This document shows positions 26,601-39,875 of a DNA stretch of 64,000 nucleotides, piece after piece. Origin of the DNA: Octopus bimaculoides (lineage: Eukaryota); NCBI RefSeq assembly GCF_001194135.2, contig NC_068987.1, positions 14,070,525 through 14,134,524 on the forward strand. Direction: 5' to 3'. Every line of letters begins with the position of its first letter. Position 1 is the stretch's first letter. Position numbers and translations under genes: made by a program. The notes beneath the pieces were generated by a model. That model was not told where the DNA came from, did not search any database, and saw only the letters and a program-made list of their open reading frames with translations.

Positions 26601-27242
26601 ATGTACGCAAACGGTATCATACGAGATATAATCAAAGATGACGGTAAAAACCTTGCACGCAACATCTCGCAATACCGAAACGAAAGACGTAACCTGTGGA
26701 ACAGGCGAAATATGCTGGGTGACAATACCCCTTGTCAACGAGTCATACCTAGGCTCACGCCACAACTTCCTGAATGTATAAAATTTGATTGTCCCGAAAG
26801 GCACATAGCTTGTAAACCTGACGCACCAGCTTATCGCAAAAGGATTGATCTGAAATACGTCGCCAAAGAGAATGGTCGCCTAGTCGATAAGTTTGAAGTA
26901 TCTGAAGCCAAATGTGAAATGCCAAGAGGTTTAAAAGAAAAAGTATGTGCAATTTCTGATACTAGGAACCATTTCCAGGAAGTGTTAATTGACAAAGAAA
27001 TGAATGGCAAAGTGTTGGTGGAAGAAAAAAGGACAGACTTAATAACAGGACATACAGATAAATACCAACAATTTAAAAATATGCATCCATGTGACAAAGA
27101 AAATTTTTTGAGAGAATGGAATTATAAATTACTACAGAATAGGTGTCAAATGCCTTCAATAGAATCTGATTTTTGCATGAAACCTCCAAAGCCACTGTGT
27201 GATAGATGTGAGGCTATATTGTGTGACATGTTACAGCAATAA
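26601..27242 (+). CDS. Uncharacterised 213-aa protein (MYANGIIRDII...CDMLQQ), apparently single coding exon
   Basis: Longest non-repetitive, gap-free ORF outside recognised genes. It has an aaaATG context, normal amino-acid composition and no microsatellite or transposase motifs. No family recognised. Confidence 0.65.
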   Translation: MYANGIIRDIIKDDGKNLARNISQYRNERRNLWNRRNMLGDNTPCQRVIPRLTPQLPECIKFDCPERHIACKPDAPAYRKRIDLKYVAKENGRLVDKFEVSEAKCEMPRGLKEKVCAISDTRNHFQEVLIDKEMNGKVLVEEKRTDLITGHTDKYQQFKNMHPCDKENFLREWNYKLLQNRCQMPSIESDFCMKPPKPLCDRCEAILCDMLQQ

Positions 27243-27845
27243 TATATCTGTGAAGAAGACAGGTAAAACAAAGTATCTTCATTGGAAAAAAATATATTCA
27301 ACTGCAACGTTGATCTTGTGGAACTTTTGGTTCCAGAGTTTATCAAGATACCGATTTTTCCGAACCAGGGTGGTTATCTTGATCAACATGTTATTAATTA
27401 AACAAATATTAAATGAAATGCAGGTGCCTGTGCATTTGTGTAAATGATGCCCGTTTATTAATTCTGTGCAAGGTACCAGGAAACTAGTCCGGATGAAGGC
27501 TTGTTTTTAAAACCCTAATTTCTTCAAATGNNNNNNNNNNNNNNNNNNNNNNNNNNNNNNNNNNNNNNNNNNNNNNNNNNNNNNNNNNNNNNNNNNNNNN
27601 NNNNNNNNNNNNNNNNNNNNNNNNNNNNNNNNNNNNNNNNNNNNNNNNNNNNNNNNNNNNNNNNNNNNNNNNNNNNNNNNNNNNNNNNNNNNNNNNNNNN
27701 NNNNNNNNNNNNNNNNNNNNNNNNNNNNNNNNNNNNNNNNNNNNNNNNNNNNNNNNNNNNCGCTACATGATTTCCGATATATATATAGGAACGCCTCTTT
27801 TATTCTTTTACTTGCTTCACTCATTGGACTGCGGCCATATATATA

Positions 27846-28802
27846 TTGGGTCATTCCATAAGTAATGTGGTTTTTTTTTTAATTGCAAGTACTAAAAGTC
27901 GGAGGGGGACGAGATAAACTACTTGCATCAACTTGCTATAAAAGCAGGTAGTAATTTTACTTTGTACTTATTCTTAGTGCAAGTTTAGAAGAGTGCAGTT
28001 CGATTTTAACAGTTATTTTTTCTAAGTTATAATGGAAGTGACAAAGGAGCATATTCGGCATATTCTGCTTTATGAGTTCAATAAAGGCAGCAACACAGCA
28101 GAAACTGCGAGGAATATTAATGCAGTATATGGGCATTGGACAATAAGCGCAAGCCAGTTTCAACTGTGATTCCAGAAATTCCGAGCCAGAAACTACAGCC
28201 TAGAAGACGAGCCTCGTCCTGGAAGATCTGTAGAGCTCGACGAGGACGTCCTGCAAAGTCTGGGGGAACAAAATCCCATCGTAACTGTTGGGGAACTAGC
28301 AGAGAAGCTTGGATTTGGTCATTCAATCAGACATTCAAGTCAGCGCTAGAATAAAAACGACCATCTTAGGTTTCAAGATGAAAGGTGTTATTCCATGAGG
28401 ATAATATTCGGCCACATACAGCGAGGATGACATTCCAAACGCTGGAGCAATTCGAATGGGAAATGATGCCCACCCACCATATTTGCCCCATCTGATTATC
28501 ATATTGGATCTATTCCATCTCAATTGAGATGGAATAGATCCCATTTATTTCGCACTCTTCAAAATCATTTGGACGAAAAAATATGACTTCAGTAGACGAG
28601 GGCAGAACTGTAGTGGAGGAGTATTTTTCGTTACGAACAAGTGAATTTTGGAAGAGGGGCATTACAAGTCTACCAGATAGATGGAAGTGCCTTGTAGAAA
28701 ATAAACGAGCGTGTATTTTAGATTTAAAAAAGGACTTTGCTTACCTTATTTTGAAAAATAAAAGAAGTATAAAATAACTGCATTATTTACGGGATGACCC
28801 AA
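27846..28802 (+). mobile_element. Internally deleted mariner element (TIRs, TA flanks, transposase pseudogene from 28032)
   Basis: TIRs ttgggtcattccataagtaatg / cattatttacgggatgacccaa. MEVTKEHIRHILLYEF..SLEDEPRPGRS (HTH) and C-terminal HPPY..SDY / FWKRGITSLPDRWK, broken by stops and frameshifts; catalytic middle deleted. Confidence 0.9.
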
Positions 28803-28808
28803 AATATA

Positions 28809-28841
<33 letters not shown>

Positions 28842-28856
28842 GTGTGTGTGTATGTA

Positions 28857-28889
<33 letters not shown>

Positions 28890-29534
28890 ATGTGTGTGTG
28901 TGTATGTATATATGTATGTGTGTGTGTATGTATACATGTGTATATACATATAAATACATGTAAATATATATGTATATATACATGTATATGTATATGCATG
29001 TATATATATATANNNNNNNNNNNNNNNNNNNNNNNNNNNNNNNNNNNNNNNNNNNNNNNNNNNNNNNNNNNNNNNNNNNNNNNNNNNNNNNNNNNNNNNN
29101 NNNNNNNNNNNNNNNNNNNNNNNNNNNNNNNNNNNNNNNNNNNNNNNNNNNNNNNNNNNNNNNNNNNNNNNNNNNNNNNNNNNNNNNNNNNNNNNNNNNN
29201 NNNNNNNNNNNNNNNNNNNNNNNNNNNNNNNNNNNNNNNNNNNNNNNNNNNNNNNNNNNNNNNNNNNNNNNNNNNNNNNNNNNNNNNNNNNNNNNNNNNN
29301 NNNNNNNNNNNNNNNNNNNNNNNNNNNNNNNNNNNNNNNNNNNNNNNNNNNNNNNNNNNNNNNNNNNNNNNNNNNNNNNNNNNNNNNNNNNNNNNNNNNN
29401 NNNNNNNNNNNNNNNNNNNNNNNNNNNNNNNNNNNNNNNNNNNNNNNNNNNNNNNNNNNNNNNNNNNNNNNNNNNNNNNNNNNNNNNNNNNNNNNNNNNN
29501 NNNNNNNNNNNNNNNNNNNNNNNNNNNNNNNNNA

Positions 29535-29575
<41 letters not shown>

Positions 29576-29738
29576 GCAACGGGCTTCTTTCAGTTTCTGC
29601 CTACCAAATCCACTCACAAGACTTTGGTCAGCCCGAGGCTACAGCAGAAGACACTTGCCCAAGGTGCCATGCATTGGTACTGAACCCGGAGCTATGTGGC
29701 TGGGAAGCAAGCTTCCTACCACACTGCCACGCCTGTGC
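29576..29738 (-). mobile_element. SINE family A, head portion
   Basis: Head sequence adjacent to a (TA)n tract and gap. Confidence 0.8.
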
Positions 29739-30736
29739 ATATAATTTTCCTTCTTTCTCTTTGGACTTTGCTGTTTCCGACGAAGAGGTATGCTCGAAAC
29801 ATTAACAACAACCCTCTCCCTTCATCGAGCGTCAAATTAATATATTTCTTGTGCACGTTCTTACGCTCGTTTTTTTGTTTCTTTATTTGAACTGTGTATG
29901 TGTGTATCGGAGTGGCTTAGGAGAGTCATTAGGCCAATTATAAAGTCACGTACTGGCTCTATTTCACTTCTCTTATTGTTATTATCAGTCAACTAGTTAA
30001 CTGTTTAACCATGTAACTAATTGATTGTGTCGTTGATCGTTCCATCAATCAGTCAGTTGGTAAAGTTGGTCAGAATCCTACTGTTGCCGGTCGCATCATT
30101 GATATTCCCTCTACTCCAGGTCTGTCTTACTATCTCCTAATTTACAGATTCTGATATCTATATTACTAAAGTTCTGAGTGAGAACGTAAGGGGGAAAAAA
30201 GGGTATGTGTGTGTGTGTTGGCGTGCGCGACCGTGTATGGATTGTTTGTTTGCATCGGTGTGTGTGCGTGCATATATGGGCATTCACGCTCAATCTGATG
30301 TTGTTATCTATTTGTTCCAGAAAAAATTTTAGAACAATGTTACAGCGGCTTAAAGTTTGCTTATTTTTACCCAATCAGAAAACATGATTTGGAAGATGGC
30401 ATTTTCTATGTGATAACTTTTATCAATGAAAGCAATATATTACGACGAGGAAAATTGCAAGAATTTTTGAAGTTAAATTTAAATGAATAAAGCCATGTGA
30501 AATTGTGGAGCAGTCTATTTATAATGAAAAAGTTCTCAATGAATCTTTTGCGAAAAATTACAAAAAAAANNNNNNNNNNNNNNNNNNNNNNNNNNNNNNN
30601 NNNNNNNNNNNNNNNNNNNNNNNNNNNNNNNNNNNNNNNNNNNNNNNNNNNNNNNNNNNNNNNNNNNNNNNNNNNNNNNNNNNNNNNNNNNNNNNNNNNN
30701 NNNNNNNNNNNNNNNNNNNNNNNNNNNNNNNNNNNN

Positions 30737-31058
30737 CGGAACAGCCTACTCGTAAAATTAACGTGCAAGTGGCTGAGCACTCCACAGACACGTGTATTCT
30801 TAACGTAGTTCTCGGGGATATTCAGCGTGACACAGTGTGATAAGGCTGACCCTTTGAATTACAGAAACAGGAAGTAAGAGTGAGAGAAAGTTGTGGTGAA
30901 AGAGTACAGCAGGGTTCGCCACCATCCCCTGCCGGAGCCTCGGAGAGCTTTAGGTGTTTTCGCTCAATAAACACTCACAACGTCCGGTCTGGGAATCGAA
31001 ACCGCGATCCTATGACCGCGAGTCCGCTGCCCTAAGCACTGAGTCATTGCGCCTCCAC
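30737..31058 (-). mobile_element. SINE family C copy
   Basis: Reverse complement of 13486-13810. Confidence 0.88.
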
Positions 31059-31165
31059 GTTCGTTAAAATACCAAAATGAAAACAAACTGTTATTTATAC
31101 TACGGTAGTTCAGTTCGCATAAACAATTTATAGCACAAATTCAGAAACGAAAGTTTGAGATACAC

Positions 31166-31213
31166 TAGGGGTTAGGATTTAGGGTTAGAATTGGGGTTTA
31201 GGGTTAGAGTTAG
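31166..31213. repeat. Degenerate interstitial (TTAGGG)n-like tract
   Basis: taggggttaggatttagggttagaattggggtttagggttagagttag. Confidence 0.65.
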
Positions 31214-31769
31214 CATTCAGTGTTGACGTTCAGGGGAAGTCCGACGAGTGGATGATCTGGAATTAATCAATTAATAACATGTTTTTAGAGAACATTTTTC
31301 TAAAAAATTTTCTGGAACAAATGAGTAACAAATCAGTTTCAGGATGAAAAATTGCTTCAATATATCAAATGTAAAATGTTCCACTCAATTTTAAAATTTC
31401 CAAACCAGTGACAGCAATTGAAAAGATTCATTAGTTTTTCTGTCTGATAAAAGAGTGCAAAGCAAACGTTCGAACATGCATGTCAACAATTTAAAAAGGA
31501 AAAATCTTCAACGAAATATTTTAGCCACAAATTTTAAAAAAAACAAAAAAAACTACGATATATTGCAGAAATAGTTCAAATCCTGTAAAGAATTATTAAC
31601 ACTTTTTGCAGCGAAAATTCAAAACGATGTTCAGAATATAGGTACATTGTGGTTGTAAGTTGTTTAGAGCAGACAATAGCTTGGCTCGTTACGATGGAAA
31701 CAGGCACCAGTGTGTCTGTGGCTTACGAATGGCTAAAATAACTCAGAATTTGCATGCAAACTTTAAAAG

Positions 31770-32141
31770 CTCTTTTACTTGTTTCAGTCATTTGACTGTG
31801 GCCATGCTGGAACACTGCCTTTAGTCGAGCAAATCAACCTAGTACTTATTCTATCAGTCTCTTTTACCAAACCGCTAAGTTATGGGGACGTGAAAATACC
31901 ACCATCGGTTGTCAAGCGATGTTGGGGTGACAAGCACAGACACACATATATATCTATATATATACATATACATATATACGATGGTCTTCTTTCAGTTTCT
32001 GTCTACCAAATCCACTCACAAGGCTATGGTCGGCCCAAGGCTATAGTAGAAGACACTTGCCCAAAGTTCCACGCAGTGGGACTGAACCCGGAACCATGTG
32101 GTTCGTAAGCAAGCTACTTACCACACAGCCACTCCTGCGCC
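31770..32141 (-). mobile_element. SINE family A, full-length
   Basis: Same head, core and tail. Confidence 0.88.
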
Positions 32142-33131
32142 TTAACTTTCTGCTATTAACTTTCTGTTTATTAATCTACAGCAAAAATGTATTTCACTTC
32201 TATAATTAACATATAAAACTTCATCAATACATCTAATTTGAAATCAATTGGAACAAAATTGAAGGAATTGAAAAGTGAAGGCCAAACAGCAAAGATCCCT
32301 AGTGTATCCTTCCGACTTAGTTTCCTCATAACTTCCAGAAAAATTGATTTTTTTTTTAATGATCTGTTTGTATAAATATGCTTCAGGTGGTGTAGATTCC
32401 AATTATACAGGAATTTGTTGTGTAAAAGTTTTTCTGGTGGAGGGGAGAAGAGTTTTGGAAAATTCACAAGTGTTGGCTTTGCTTCCTCATAACTTTCCAA
32501 AAAATGGATACTTTTAAATGAAATTTTCTATAAATACCTTTCAGATGGTGTGGATTACAATTAAAAAAAAAAAACATGATGGAAAATAGTCTTAAATGAT
32601 GATGATAATTACGATCTATATCAAACATAGTGATACAAAGAGTCAAACAGAACTCACAGTAAGGTCTCCCCAAGGTGTCTGGCTATCAAGACAGCTGTTG
32701 AGAATATCTTACCCTTGGGACTAAATAATTACTGTCCATGAAGTTTTCAGGCAAGAAATCTTACTCATTATGTTGCAGCATAACTATGTATGTGCTTTTT
32801 ATATGTACATATATATTTGCATAAAAGGTTTTAGTATTGCTGATATAACTGGTGGTGGTGGTGGTGGNNNNNNNNNNNNNNNNNNNNNNNNNNNNNNNNN
32901 NNNNNNNNNNNNNNNNNNNNNNNNNNNNNNNNNNNNNNNNNNNNNNNNNNNNNNNNNNNNNNNNNNNNNNNNNNNNNNNNNNNNNNNNNNNNNNNNNNNN
33001 NNNNNNNNNNNNNNNNNNNNNNNNNNNNNNNNNNNNNNNNNNNNNNNNNNNNNNNNNNNNNNNNNNNNGGTGCGTGTGTGTCAGTGGAGTATGGTGACTT
33101 TTGAGGTTGGTCATACAATAAGTACTTATTA

Positions 33132-35330
33132 GTTGAACTGAATCATTTTTGAAATTATTTCAATAACAGACACCATTTAGTTTCACGACATGGCCATGGG
33201 AATTGCTGTTTAATACATTTCAAATAAAAAAAAAAGATGTACAACAAAAAATTATTATTTACTCATCTCATTTATAAATTAATTCAACCCTAATCTTTCA
33301 GGGTGAATACATTTATTACATTCTCATTAGAAATTTTTTGTTTTTATTTTTGTTACTGGAGACAATTGTTTTCAATTGATATAAGAACCAACTCTGAAAG
33401 TCTTTTCTCTCCTTTTCTCCTTTACTGCAGAAAAGAACTGCTCTAGAGAGGCAGTTGTAGAAGGAATAGTCCAAATCAATGGCAAAGATTGAAGAGTTCT
33501 AGCATAATTTCAATAGCGTCATTGATGTAAATATAATACATTAAATTACATACACTTTGCTTTTTAAAATTTTCCATTTAGTACACTCCGTGAACTGAAT
33601 GTTATACATTGAACAACCATAAGTAGTTTTTAAAGAATTTAAACGATTCACTGGAGATTTCTTGCAATATTCTTCATCTTTGCCAAAATTGAAAAGTTCC
33701 ATAAATTTAAGCTCTTCTAAGGATGAATATCTTGCTTTTAATTGGTCAACTATTGTCCCAGTAATTTTGTTGTAGAATATTCTATAATGCTGTAGGTTAA
33801 TAGATTTATTCTTACATTTCTTAATTTGGATTGCTGCATTGATTCCATATTTTTCCTCTGACATTTCATAGAATATTGAAAAACCATCTAGTTAATTTTT
33901 TAACGCAGTTCAAGTTTTATATATTTGTTGTTTACAATACATTTTGTCAAAACTTTTTATCTAAAGAATATTAAATAAGACTCTAATAAAAAATAGGAAA
34001 TCAGGGCTTTTAAATTCTCTAAGAATTTGCAGAATTTATTGTGATCTCATCCTATGCTTCAGGATTTTCAATGATGTCTTCAAAAAATTATTTCTTTTGT
34101 TGTAGTAATGAGATGTAAAGAGTAATTCCTTCTTGTTGCTGTTGTTTGGGGAAATCTTTAGTGCACTGGCTCTTTTGGGTGATTTTGTAAAAAAAATGCA
34201 TTCACTCCATTTATTGCAGAAAAAAATACCTTGCATTCTTTTATAACAGAGCATGCTTGTGAAAGAGCTAAATTTAGTACATGAGGACAACAATGAACAA
34301 AGATGGCACATTCATATTTTCACCTTACGTTTGATTGCAACCCATTTAATTATCTTGTTACTGTAGTTGCACCATTACAGGTTTGTGAATATAATCTGCT
34401 TTCACACTCCCATGTTACAGTGCATTTAGAAACATGTTAACATAAAATATTTGCTGAACAATCTGCACTAAAACTGATAAATTGTTCGTTAGTAACACAA
34501 TCTTTTGTAAACATAGCACAAAACAGTTGACAGCTGTGAATAGTTCAATACATCTGAAGTTTCATCTACAACGATAGTTACAAATTTAGCCTGATTAAGT
34601 TCATTTTATATTTCATTCAACATAACTTTTTAAATCATTCTGAATTCTGTCTGAAAGACCTGAGAAAACAGGAGCTGTATCTAGTTGGCTTGCTTAGTTT
34701 TCATCATACTTACTGATTGAATATGAGTTCTCTGTAATTCTTACAATTATTGGATTCTTTAGATTCAAAACGATCCTGAAATGATAATTCTTGGTGACCT
34801 AAAAAATAACTGCGTCAATCATCATAGAATAGCTGTTTCATTTAACTTCTACATTATGCTGCTGTGTGCTCTGTCTTTTATGTGCATCAAATAGTAAGTC
34901 TATGCAAATATTCCCGAATGTTTTAAAATCTATCAAGAATGTTATGTCTTGAGAATGTTCCTGTTTTAGCATGGTCATATGTAGATCATAATCTTTATCA
35001 CTCCAAAGTATGTTTTTTTCTAAGCTATATAACAAACCTGACCAACAAAACAACTTATTTAGCTTAGCACTTCCAATTAACCATCTTTTCTTTCATATAG
35101 ATTAATCTGAAAATGTCAAAAACATTTTTTATTGGAACTTCACAAATTAGTTTTTTTGGCATTGGTCTGCAATCATTTATAATTGTTACTCTTCAATTTT
35201 ATTTTTTGGGGAAAACTACTTATCAAAAGTTCTTCTATAACAAATATTTCGATCAGTTGGACTAATATTTTGAAAGTTCAAAATATATTTAAAAAACAAA
35301 TCATGCACATGTTTATGTACAGAGTTTATG
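33132..35330 (-). pseudogene. Degenerate hAT (ZMYM1/DUF4371-type) transposase
   Basis: Frame-broken pieces: LGHQELSFQDRFESKESNN..NYREL (DUF4371-like), FFTKSPKRASAL, IVDQLKARYSSL, LIWTIPSTTASLEQFFSAVK (hAT dimerisation domain) and terminal VELIYK*. Confidence 0.82.
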
Positions 35331-35890
35331 TATATTGGTTGAACTGAATCATTTTTGAAATTATTTCAATAACAGATACCATTTAGTTTCACAACATGGC
35401 CATGGGGATTGCTGTTTAATACATTTCAAATAAAACAAGATGTACAACAAGAAATAATTATTTACTTATCTCATTTATACATTAATTCAGCCCTAATCTT
35501 TCAGGGTGAAAGTCAATTTCAATAGAAGAGAAGATAACCTCAGTAAATCAACAAGGATTAATGATAACAATGAAAAAAAATGTAACAATGTATTCTTTTT
35601 GCACATTAAATATCAAAAAGAAAATAAATGATGGTGTTTACCTTATAATTTATCATTTTTGACCAACAAAACTTTTGTGTTATAGTAGTTGGGCAATATT
35701 AATCTGATTGACATAGGATTTTTGTGAGAGGGGCTAAATTGCTTCTACTTTTAAATCTAATGTTTTTCCATGTTTCATTTGAGATCAAACAGTTATCACC
35801 TTTAGTCTATTCAAATCACTAGGTCAATCAATTAGGGCAAAGAGAGAAGTTACTGGCATTTTCAAAATCATGTCTTTCTACAATATTTAA

Positions 35891-36084
35891 CCCTTTAGCA
35901 TTCATATTACTTTGTGAATTTTGATGCTTATTTATTCACATTGTTTTGAATTCATCATGCTTTAAGAATTCTCATAGTTTCGAGATTTCTATAATGTGAT
36001 TGTTTATTTTTAGAATGACATTGTAGAGTAAGTGTGAGAGGCAGAATATTTTGGATGAATATGGCTGGTTTAAATGCTAAAGGG
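35891..36084. mobile_element. piggyBac-type MITE (TTAA flanks, CCCTTTAGCA TIR)
   Basis: ttaa|ccctttagca...tgctaaaggg|ttaa. Further copies at 38542-38757 and 45477-45698. Confidence 0.8.
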
Positions 36085-36364
36085 TTAATGAGATAAGAAA
36101 TGATGTCAGAATGCAGATGTCTTTTACAATCAATGTAATGCTATATATTTTTTTTTTTTTTTTGCATTTGAAAGTATTTTAAGGTTCTTCTTGTAAACAA
36201 GTTAGCTACTTCAAGTTTCCAATGATTTTGACAACTTTTCAGTGTAGATAGGAATAAACAACATTTTCTTTAGTTATTTTTAGATTTATATAAAAAATAG
36301 ACTTGCATACCTTGAGAGCGTGTCACTGCTGTATGGATGGATGGATGTATGGATGTATACATGC

Positions 36365-36990
36365 ATGCATTTTTGTATGCATGCATGTATGTATGTGTTT
36401 GCATGTCCTGAATGATTTCCATGTGGAGTTGCTTCTGCTGCTCTGTTGGCACCTTGAGGATGAATTTCAGCAACACTTTCTATATCCACAAATCCTCTGT
36501 TAAATTGGAATTCACTGATCTTGTGCTTATTCCCGCTTTGTGAGCAATTACCCGGTTTATTACATGACAATCTTCCATAACTATTCACTGAACCTTTTCA
36601 TTTGGTTCATTTCAGCCTGCAAATGGCATGCTAGAGTGTGCTTTGCTCTCCACTGAGGTGTGGCCATGTTTGAAGCAGTTATACCATTTCTTCATCTGAG
36701 TTTTGCCCATGGCATCATTGCCAAAGGCTTGCTGAATCTTCAGGATAGTTTGAGATTGAGTAAATACCAACCTTTTGGCAAAACATGATGCAATATCTCT
36801 GCTCAATGTGTTTGGTGAAAACGAAAATCTGATGTGCATGCACAATGTCTGTACTCTAAGTAGAACAGCAAAAATGTTCATGCATGTGCAGGAAGGGTGA
36901 CATCACCTCCCACCCAAAGGATTTTGCCTATGTGGCATTAGTTTTGGTACGAAAAATGAAGTTGGATACTTTTGGAATGCATCTCATATC
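36365..36990 (-). mobile_element. Second mariner fossil (5' half of transposase)
   Basis: KIQQAFGNDAMGKTQMKKWYNCFKHGHTSVES..., then AHKAGISTRSV..LTEDL..KV..KF..K..TEQQK across frames. Confidence 0.8.
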
Positions 36991-37384
36991 TACTCACATA
37001 CACATATATGTTTATATATATATATAGAGAGAGAGAGGCAGACAGACAGACAGACAGATAGATAGATACACACACACATATTTTACGCATGGTAACTTAA
37101 AATTAATGGTAAGATTTTTTTCTAGGGAGATCAAAGATAAGATTTATAAATGGTAGTTAAGAATGTCCATAGGTCATTTATTTCATTATTTATTTACAGA
37201 ATGGAATGGAAAAGAACATTTTATGGTGTTTGTTCTGGCTTCCTGCTAAGGTCAACTCTGCCTTTTATCTCTTTGGAAGTGGGTGTTGGTATATACCAGG
37301 ATTGATGGTACTAAGTAATAACTCTTCTTTAAAAAAAACTGGCTTTATGCTTAAATCAGAAACCATTTTATTATTGATACTATT

Positions 37385-38010
37385 ATTATTATTATATTAT
37401 TATTATTATTGAGTGAGAGAACAGTGCATGCCATCAAAGTGACACTAGGGTATGAAACCCAATATACATACCCATCATGACTACCTGTCTGATAAGGGCA
37501 CACCAGGCACATGTATCACAAACATCCATGTGTGACATGGTGATCTCACATAAAGATAGTCAGTGCATGACCTTGCAAGCGGGGCCTAGTTAGGACTTTC
37601 TTCAGATTGTGTAGCCCATCCCTCTCAAAAGGTATCTAAATAAGGGTTGTTTAAGGATGATGAATGAAATACCCATGTTACCAGAGGTGAATTATTCAAA
37701 CTCCCAACATTTTTTAGAAAGTATGAAGAATGGTCAATATTTCCTTCAAACTTTGCTTTTATCACATTTATTCAAACCCAAAAGAATCCCTCTGGCTATG
37801 ATGCTCCTCCTCATGATCAGAGATGCACATATTGTCAGCCACTAAGGGACACGCTCAACTGGTTATGGTCAAGCAACTGACAGGCAAATCTGTGGTACTG
37901 AGTGGAATATTTGCTGTGGCCTGTCTATTACACCAAGACAAAACATGTACATGATAGCATTCCAATAAGTTAAGATCAGAAACCATGAGAGCCACTACCT
38001 GGTATTGCAT
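37385..38010 (-). mobile_element. Copy of the (AAT)n-tailed repeat family
   Basis: Reverse complement of 46797-47310 with substitutions. Confidence 0.75.
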
Positions 38011-38541
38011 CATCATCACTATCATCATTATTATTATGAAGGCCGTGAGCTGGCAGAATTGTTAGCACAATGCTTAATGACATTTTAACTGTCTTTACGT
38101 TCTGAGTTCAAATTCTGCCGAGTCGGCTTTGCCTTTCATCCTTTCGGGGTCAATAAAATAAGTACCAGTTGACTACTGGGGTTGATGTAATCAATTTATT
38201 CCTTCTCCCAAACTGCTGGCTTTGTGCCAAAATTTGAAATTATCATCATCATCATTCTTTTAACTCCAGTTTTGTTGGAACTCCTGGAGTCTTGCATGCT
38301 TAGTGGGTTTGCTACCTGCAGCCTAAGGTACCATGCAATATGTACTTTTCAACTATAATTTCAACTGTTATAATTGCTTTTCCAACACCCCATTCCACCT
38401 CGTATGTTGAGTCTTTCAGATACTTTAAACAGAATAGTTTCAGCGAGTTCATAAAACTGACTTGGTTTTAGGCGAACTTTAAGGTTAGTCAGTCATGGAA
38501 ACCATTATTCATTTTATTTAGTTTCAAATCACGAGGATTAA

Positions 38542-38757
38542 CCTTTTAGCACCCAGATTATTTTGTCAAATGTAATACCTATTTATTAACATTCTTTAAA
38601 GTTAATCCTGTATTATCTTGTTGCATTGATATTTCAAAGATATGATTGTTGTTTTTTAGAATGACATTGCAGGGAAAGTCTGAGAGGTTGGGGCCAGTTT
38701 GAACATGAAACAGGTTGAATATTTGGGTCAGATATGACCGGTTTAAATGTTAAAGGG
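38542..38757. mobile_element. piggyBac-type MITE copy
   Basis: ttaa|ccttttagca...gttaaaggg|ttaa, internally similar to 35891-36084. Confidence 0.75.
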
Positions 38758-39531
38758 TTAAGTGTAAGAAGAATGGTAAAAGAATGTCTTGGAATATTTA
38801 CTCTTCTCTAATTGGTTCGGAGGCGATATATTCCTACTGACCCACGAGTAGATTTTGTGTTCTCAAACGCTAATTAACATGATTAATTAAATCTGTTTTA
38901 TTTTTGAAACTAGAAATGGATAAATACTGCTGCATTCCTTCATTTTATCTTCTCATCCACTATATGGTACTTTCCAGAAGGCACGTGGCTTAGTCGTTAG
39001 AGTGCTTGGCTCATTGGTATGAGTTCAATTCTCAGCGGCACATTGTGTCCTTGAGCAAGAAACTTTATTACATGTTGCTCCAGTTTACTCAGCCAACAAA
39101 AGTGAATTGTACCTGTAATTCAGCCTTGTTACATTCTATGTCAAGCTGGATCTCCATGAGTACTATGTTAAGGGTTCTCATGCCTGTCACTCACACATTA
39201 ATTTCATGAGTAAGCTGTTCCATTGATTGGATCAACTGGAGCAATCATCATCGTTACTGACAGAGTACCAGTATATTACTATCCAATTTTTTTTTTTTTT
39301 CATGTACACTCTGAAGTACAACTTCAAGTTTATAATAATGCTACAATAATGCTACGGTGAATGTAATTATATAAAGCACTTTTAAGGGTAACGACTGAGC
39401 ATTTATTGATGGCGTGACTCTAAACTGAAAGTAGAGTCAAGTTTTTTGTGAAGATTGAATTGTCTGGGACTTCACTGTTGTTATCGTTGCTCCAGATTAT
39501 TTCCCAAAATACAATGTTCTAGTTATAGAGA

Positions 39532-39860
39532 TGCATGGCTGTGTGGTAAGATGTTTGCTTCCCGACTACAGTGAGGCACCTTTGGGCAAGTGTCTTCCAC
39601 TGTAGCCTCGGGCTGATTGAAGCCTTGTGAATGGATTTGGTTGACAGGAACGGAAAGAAGCCCATCCTATAAATATGGATGTGTATGTTTGTGTTTGCCC
39701 CCACCCCACTGTTTGACAACTAGTATTTACGTCCCCATGACTTGGCAGTTAGCAGAAGAGAATGATAGAGTAAGTACCACAATATGCCCTGACTTGGGCT
39801 TGGGAGGGTAACTTTCTAGGTGCAATCCCATGGTTAGTCACGACCGAAAGGGGTCTCAGC
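39532..39860 (+). mobile_element. SINE family A, degenerate
   Basis: gcatggctgtgtggtaag head and core similarity. Confidence 0.7.
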
Positions 39861-39875
39861 ATGTATGTATATAAC

